Shown here: positions 61,068 through 64,000 of the stretch, piece after piece | How positions within the stretch are numbered: position 1 is the first letter of the stretch | How the letters are laid out: every line of letters begins with the position of its first letter | DNA from: Syntrophales bacterium | GTDB lineage: Bacteria > Desulfobacterota > Syntrophia > Syntrophales > UBA2210 | Reading direction: 5' to 3' | Length of the DNA stretch: 64,000 nucleotides | NCBI GenBank assembly: GCA_963662405.2 | Contig: CAXXKT010000001.1 | Span: forward strand, 128,001 to 192,000 | The notes under the pieces: model-generated | The model's input: the letters and a program-made list of their open reading frames with translations, nothing else | Databases searched by the model: none | What the model was told of the DNA's origin: nothing | Made by a program: the position numbers and the translations under genes

Positions 61068-62393
61068 TCACGATTTCACGCTATCTTTCACCCGCTCGGC
61101 TATCTTTCGCACCCGATCCATCGCCTCGTCCATATCGATCGTGAGGAGCCGGCGGTCTTCCATGACCGTCTTCCCGTCTATGATCACCGTCTTGACGTCC
61201 GATCCGCTCATGGCATAGGCGATGTGGGAATATTCGTCATAAAGCGGCGTCAGGTGGGGCTTGTTCAGATCGATGATAATGATATCCGCCCGCATCCCCT
61301 CTTTCAGTGACCCCACCATGTCCCCCATCCCCAACACACGGGCGCCGTCCCGCGTCGCCATCCGCGTCACCGTCTTCGCGGACATCACCGTGGGATCGAG
61401 ACGTGCCACCTTTTCAAGCCTCGCTGCCGTGGCCATCTCTCCGAACATGTCGAGATCGTTGTTGCTGGCGCAGCCATCGGTCCCCAGACCGACAATAATA
61501 CCGTGCTCCATCATCCTCGTTACCGGGGCCACTCCCGAGGCCAGCTTCATGTTGCTTTCGGGGTTGTGAACGACCTTGCAGCCGTGGTCGGCAAAGATCC
61601 GTATGTCCTCATCATCCATGCAGACGCAGTGAAAGGCAAAAAATCGCTCGTCGAGACACCCCAGATCCTTCAAAAAGGGAACCGCCCCCATCCCGAACCG
61701 TTCCTCCAATTGCTGTTTTTCACCCCGGTTTTCGAGGAGGTGAATCGCGAAGGGGATCGCGTACTCATCGGCCAGGGCCTTGGCATCCTTGATAACGGAG
61801 GGGGAACAGGTGTACAGCGCATGGGGTTCAACCATGATGTTGACGAAGGGATCGTCCGCCCACTTTTTAATCAGCATCCGCGTATACGCCAACCCCTCCT
61901 CGGGGGTCTTGCAACTGGGTGACGGAAAATCGAAGATCACCTCCCCGAGGAGGCAGCGCATCCCCGCCCGGCGAGTCGCCTGGGCGGTCTCGTCCTCGAA
62001 CATATACATGTCGCAGAAGGTCGTTGTCCCTGATCGGATCATCTCGGCGCAGGCGAGCAGGCTCCCCCAGTAGGCCAGTTCGGGATCGACATTTCCGGCT
62101 TCCGCGGGAAAGATGTAATTGTTCAGCCAGTCCATCAACTCCATGTCATCCGCCAGCCCGCGGAAACAGGTCATCGCCGCGTGCGTATGGGCATTGATCA
62201 GACCGGGCATGACCAGACAGCCACGGGCATCTATACTCGTACGCCCCCTATAGCGCCCTTCAACCTCCCTCGATAGGCCGATATCGACAATCGTATTTCC
62301 ATTGATGGCAAGAGAAGCGTCACGAATAATAGTGTCCTCTTCGTCCAATGTGAGAATCCGCCCCCCCGATATAACGATGTCGACTTCCTGCAT
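61068..62393 (-). CDS. mtaD: 5'-methylthioadenosine/S-adenosylhomocysteine deaminase family amidohydrolase, copy 1
   Basis: Same motifs; tandem paralogue of the same length. Confidence 0.85.
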   Translation of the reverse strand: MQEVDIVISGGRILTLDEEDTIIRDASLAINGNTIVDIGLSREVEGRYRGRTSIDARGCLVMPGLINAHTHAAMTCFRGLADDMELMDWLNNYIFPAEAGNVDPELAYWGSLLACAEMIRSGTTTFCDMYMFEDETAQATRRAGMRCLLGEVIFDFPSPSCKTPEEGLAYTRMLIKKWADDPFVNIMVEPHALYTCSPSVIKDAKALADEYAIPFAIHLLENRGEKQQLEERFGMGAVPFLKDLGCLDERFFAFHCVCMDDEDIRIFADHGCKVVHNPESNMKLASGVAPVTRMMEHGIIVGLGTDGCASNNDLDMFGEMATAARLEKVARLDPTVMSAKTVTRMATRDGARVLGMGDMVGSLKEGMRADIIIIDLNKPHLTPLYDEYSHIAYAMSGSDVKTVIIDGKTVMEDRRLLTIDMDEAMDRVRKIAERVKDSVKS

Positions 62394-62582
62394 CGTGACT
62401 TCGTCCTCCTTATATCCGTTTTAGATCCGTTTTAGAAAGGAAGTTTTCTTACCATTCCCCCGCTCTCCCTTCAAGGATAATTCATGCCCCGGGAGGACCA
62501 CTGTCAACACCGGATATAGCCGAATATACCTTGACATGGTTTTTTAAAAATAATAGGTAGGTGACCGGTAGCCTATAATTGT

Positions 62583-62670
62583 GCCTGGGTGGCGGAACTG
62601 GTAGACGCAAGGGACTTAAAATCCCTCGAAGCTTGCCTTCATGAGGGTTCGATTCCCTCCCCAGGCACCA
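62583..62670 (+). tRNA. tRNA-Leu(TAA)
   Basis: GCCTGGG/CCCAGGC acceptor stem, AGGGA-CTTAAAA-TCCCT, long variable arm, GTTCGA, ACCA. Confidence 0.97.
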
Positions 62671-62957
62671 TTTTGTGAACATAACCATTTTTGCAAAAGG
62701 ATGCCGAGTTGGTGCGACTTTGATCTTTTGTTTTTTTGGTTTACGCGTTTGGGGGCAACAGTGAAAACCAGAGGTAGTGTTTATGCGCCAGTCGTTCAGG
62801 GCCCTACTTATCATGGCAAGAGAGAGTTCGTTCCCTTGTAATACCGAGCGATAAGCTCCTGCACGGATGCAACAAGGAAACCGAATCCTGGGAAAGAGGA
62901 AACGTGTAACACAGACAAAACAATCGACTCGAGAAGCCGAATGCGAGACCATCTCAG

Positions 62958-63674
62958 GTGGAGGAATCAGGCGTGAGCAATGATTCTGAAGGTTTAGAAC
63001 TGGAGAGAGACCTTGCCTATCTCGGTCTCCTTGATAAGGCCCAGGAGATATATATTGAACTGGGCGGGCAAGCAGTCCTTTCTTACGTGAAGTCAAGCTA
63101 TCGCCTCCTGAGCAAGGTCTACCATCCCGATCTCAACCCCGGCGCCAATCGAAAGGCAACCATAGCGCAACAAGCATTGAACCGGGTCAATCATACCATT
63201 TCCCGTATATCAGACGTAGAACTCCTTGATGTCATCAGACGGGGGATTATTGGAGACTCATCGGGAAGACAAAAAATTCTCGTTGTTGAAGATGAACCTG
63301 CAATGCATACGGTTATCCAACAAATCCTGACGATGGAGGGGTATGACTCGAGATTTGCCGAGGACGGAATCAAGGGGTACAAGGCCTTTCACCGGTTCAA
63401 GCCCGACCTGCTGCTTTGCGATGTTGTTATGCCGGGAATGAACGGCCTCGAACTCGTCGGAAAAGTCAGAAAGATCCATCCAAAAATTAAAGTTATTTAT
63501 ATAAGTGGTTTTTTTGACATAGAACCATTGAAGGGACAAATCCATGCCGATGTTACTCGGTACGGTTACCGCACTCTTGCTAAACCATTCAAGATCAGCG
63601 AAATGTTGATGCTGATAGAGGACTATCTGCAGAATGACCGAGGGCAGATTTCAGGTGTCGATACCGTTGCGTGA
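62958..63674 (+). CDS. Response regulator with N-terminal J-domain-like segment
   Basis: YRLLSKVYHPDLN; ILVVEDE, CDVVMPGMNG, KPF; start uncertain. Confidence 0.82.
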   Translation: MEESGVSNDSEGLELERDLAYLGLLDKAQEIYIELGGQAVLSYVKSSYRLLSKVYHPDLNPGANRKATIAQQALNRVNHTISRISDVELLDVIRRGIIGDSSGRQKILVVEDEPAMHTVIQQILTMEGYDSRFAEDGIKGYKAFHRFKPDLLLCDVVMPGMNGLELVGKVRKIHPKIKVIYISGFFDIEPLKGQIHADVTRYGYRTLAKPFKISEMLMLIEDYLQNDRGQISGVDTVA

Positions 63675-63739
63675 CACACGCCCAGGCATATAACCCATCA
63701 TTCAGGTTCGTATTGAAAAAGCCCCTGCCTGAGGCGATC

Positions 63740-64000
63740 TCAGTCGGCCGCCCCCCTCCACGATGCATAGCGCGCCATGTACCCCAGGGATCTAACGGCC
63801 TTGCGCGTGGTGAAAAAAAAGGTATGTGGTGTGATTCCGCCATGGTGGCGAATTCCCCTACCAAGCTTTTCGATGTCCCGTATGCCCACGTCACGACCGG
63901 TTTCGCCCTGAAAGAGCTGATGTATTCAAAGAGTCCGTCATAGTACTCCGGTCTCACGATGTGAGACAGATACGTGTTCAGATAAATACCGTCGATGTTC
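63740..64000 (-). CDS. C-terminus of a probable NDP-forming acyl-CoA synthetase subunit; truncated by window end, apparent frameshift at 63813-63820
   Basis: NIDGI...KPVVTWAYG...IPFF, then TTRKAVRSLGYMARY* in a shifted frame. Confidence 0.5.

Overview
64-kb window from a probable anaerobic deltaproteobacterium (Desulfobacterota/Syntrophales-like; inferred from gene content). GC-rich core blocks are: typA; a modE-FmdE/MoeA-modCBA cluster; fdhE-fdnGHI and two convergent cytoplasmic FdhF-type genes, all three formate dehydrogenases with in-frame Sec UGA plus SECIS; PPIase; beta-oxidation genes; a type IV (pseudo)pilin and glycosylation cluster; tandem mtaD paralogues; tRNA-Leu. Two AT-rich accessory regions (about 0.5-12 kb and 27.4-38 kb) share one architecture: an attC cassette array on the minus strand, headed by a near-identical 33-bp attI-like site and ended by a conserved ~60-bp segment, with no intI in the window. 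In the position and orientation normally held by intI, each has a ~2.1-kb element encoding two overlapping tyrosine recombinases, bounded by CTATACGTA inverted repeats and 7-bp direct repeats. Three IS110 copies are present. In the near-identical pair, candidate bridge-RNA guides match the observed target and donor sequences, and one copy has an 82-bp duplication consistent with self-targeting. All calls come from reading the sequence; no database searches were run.
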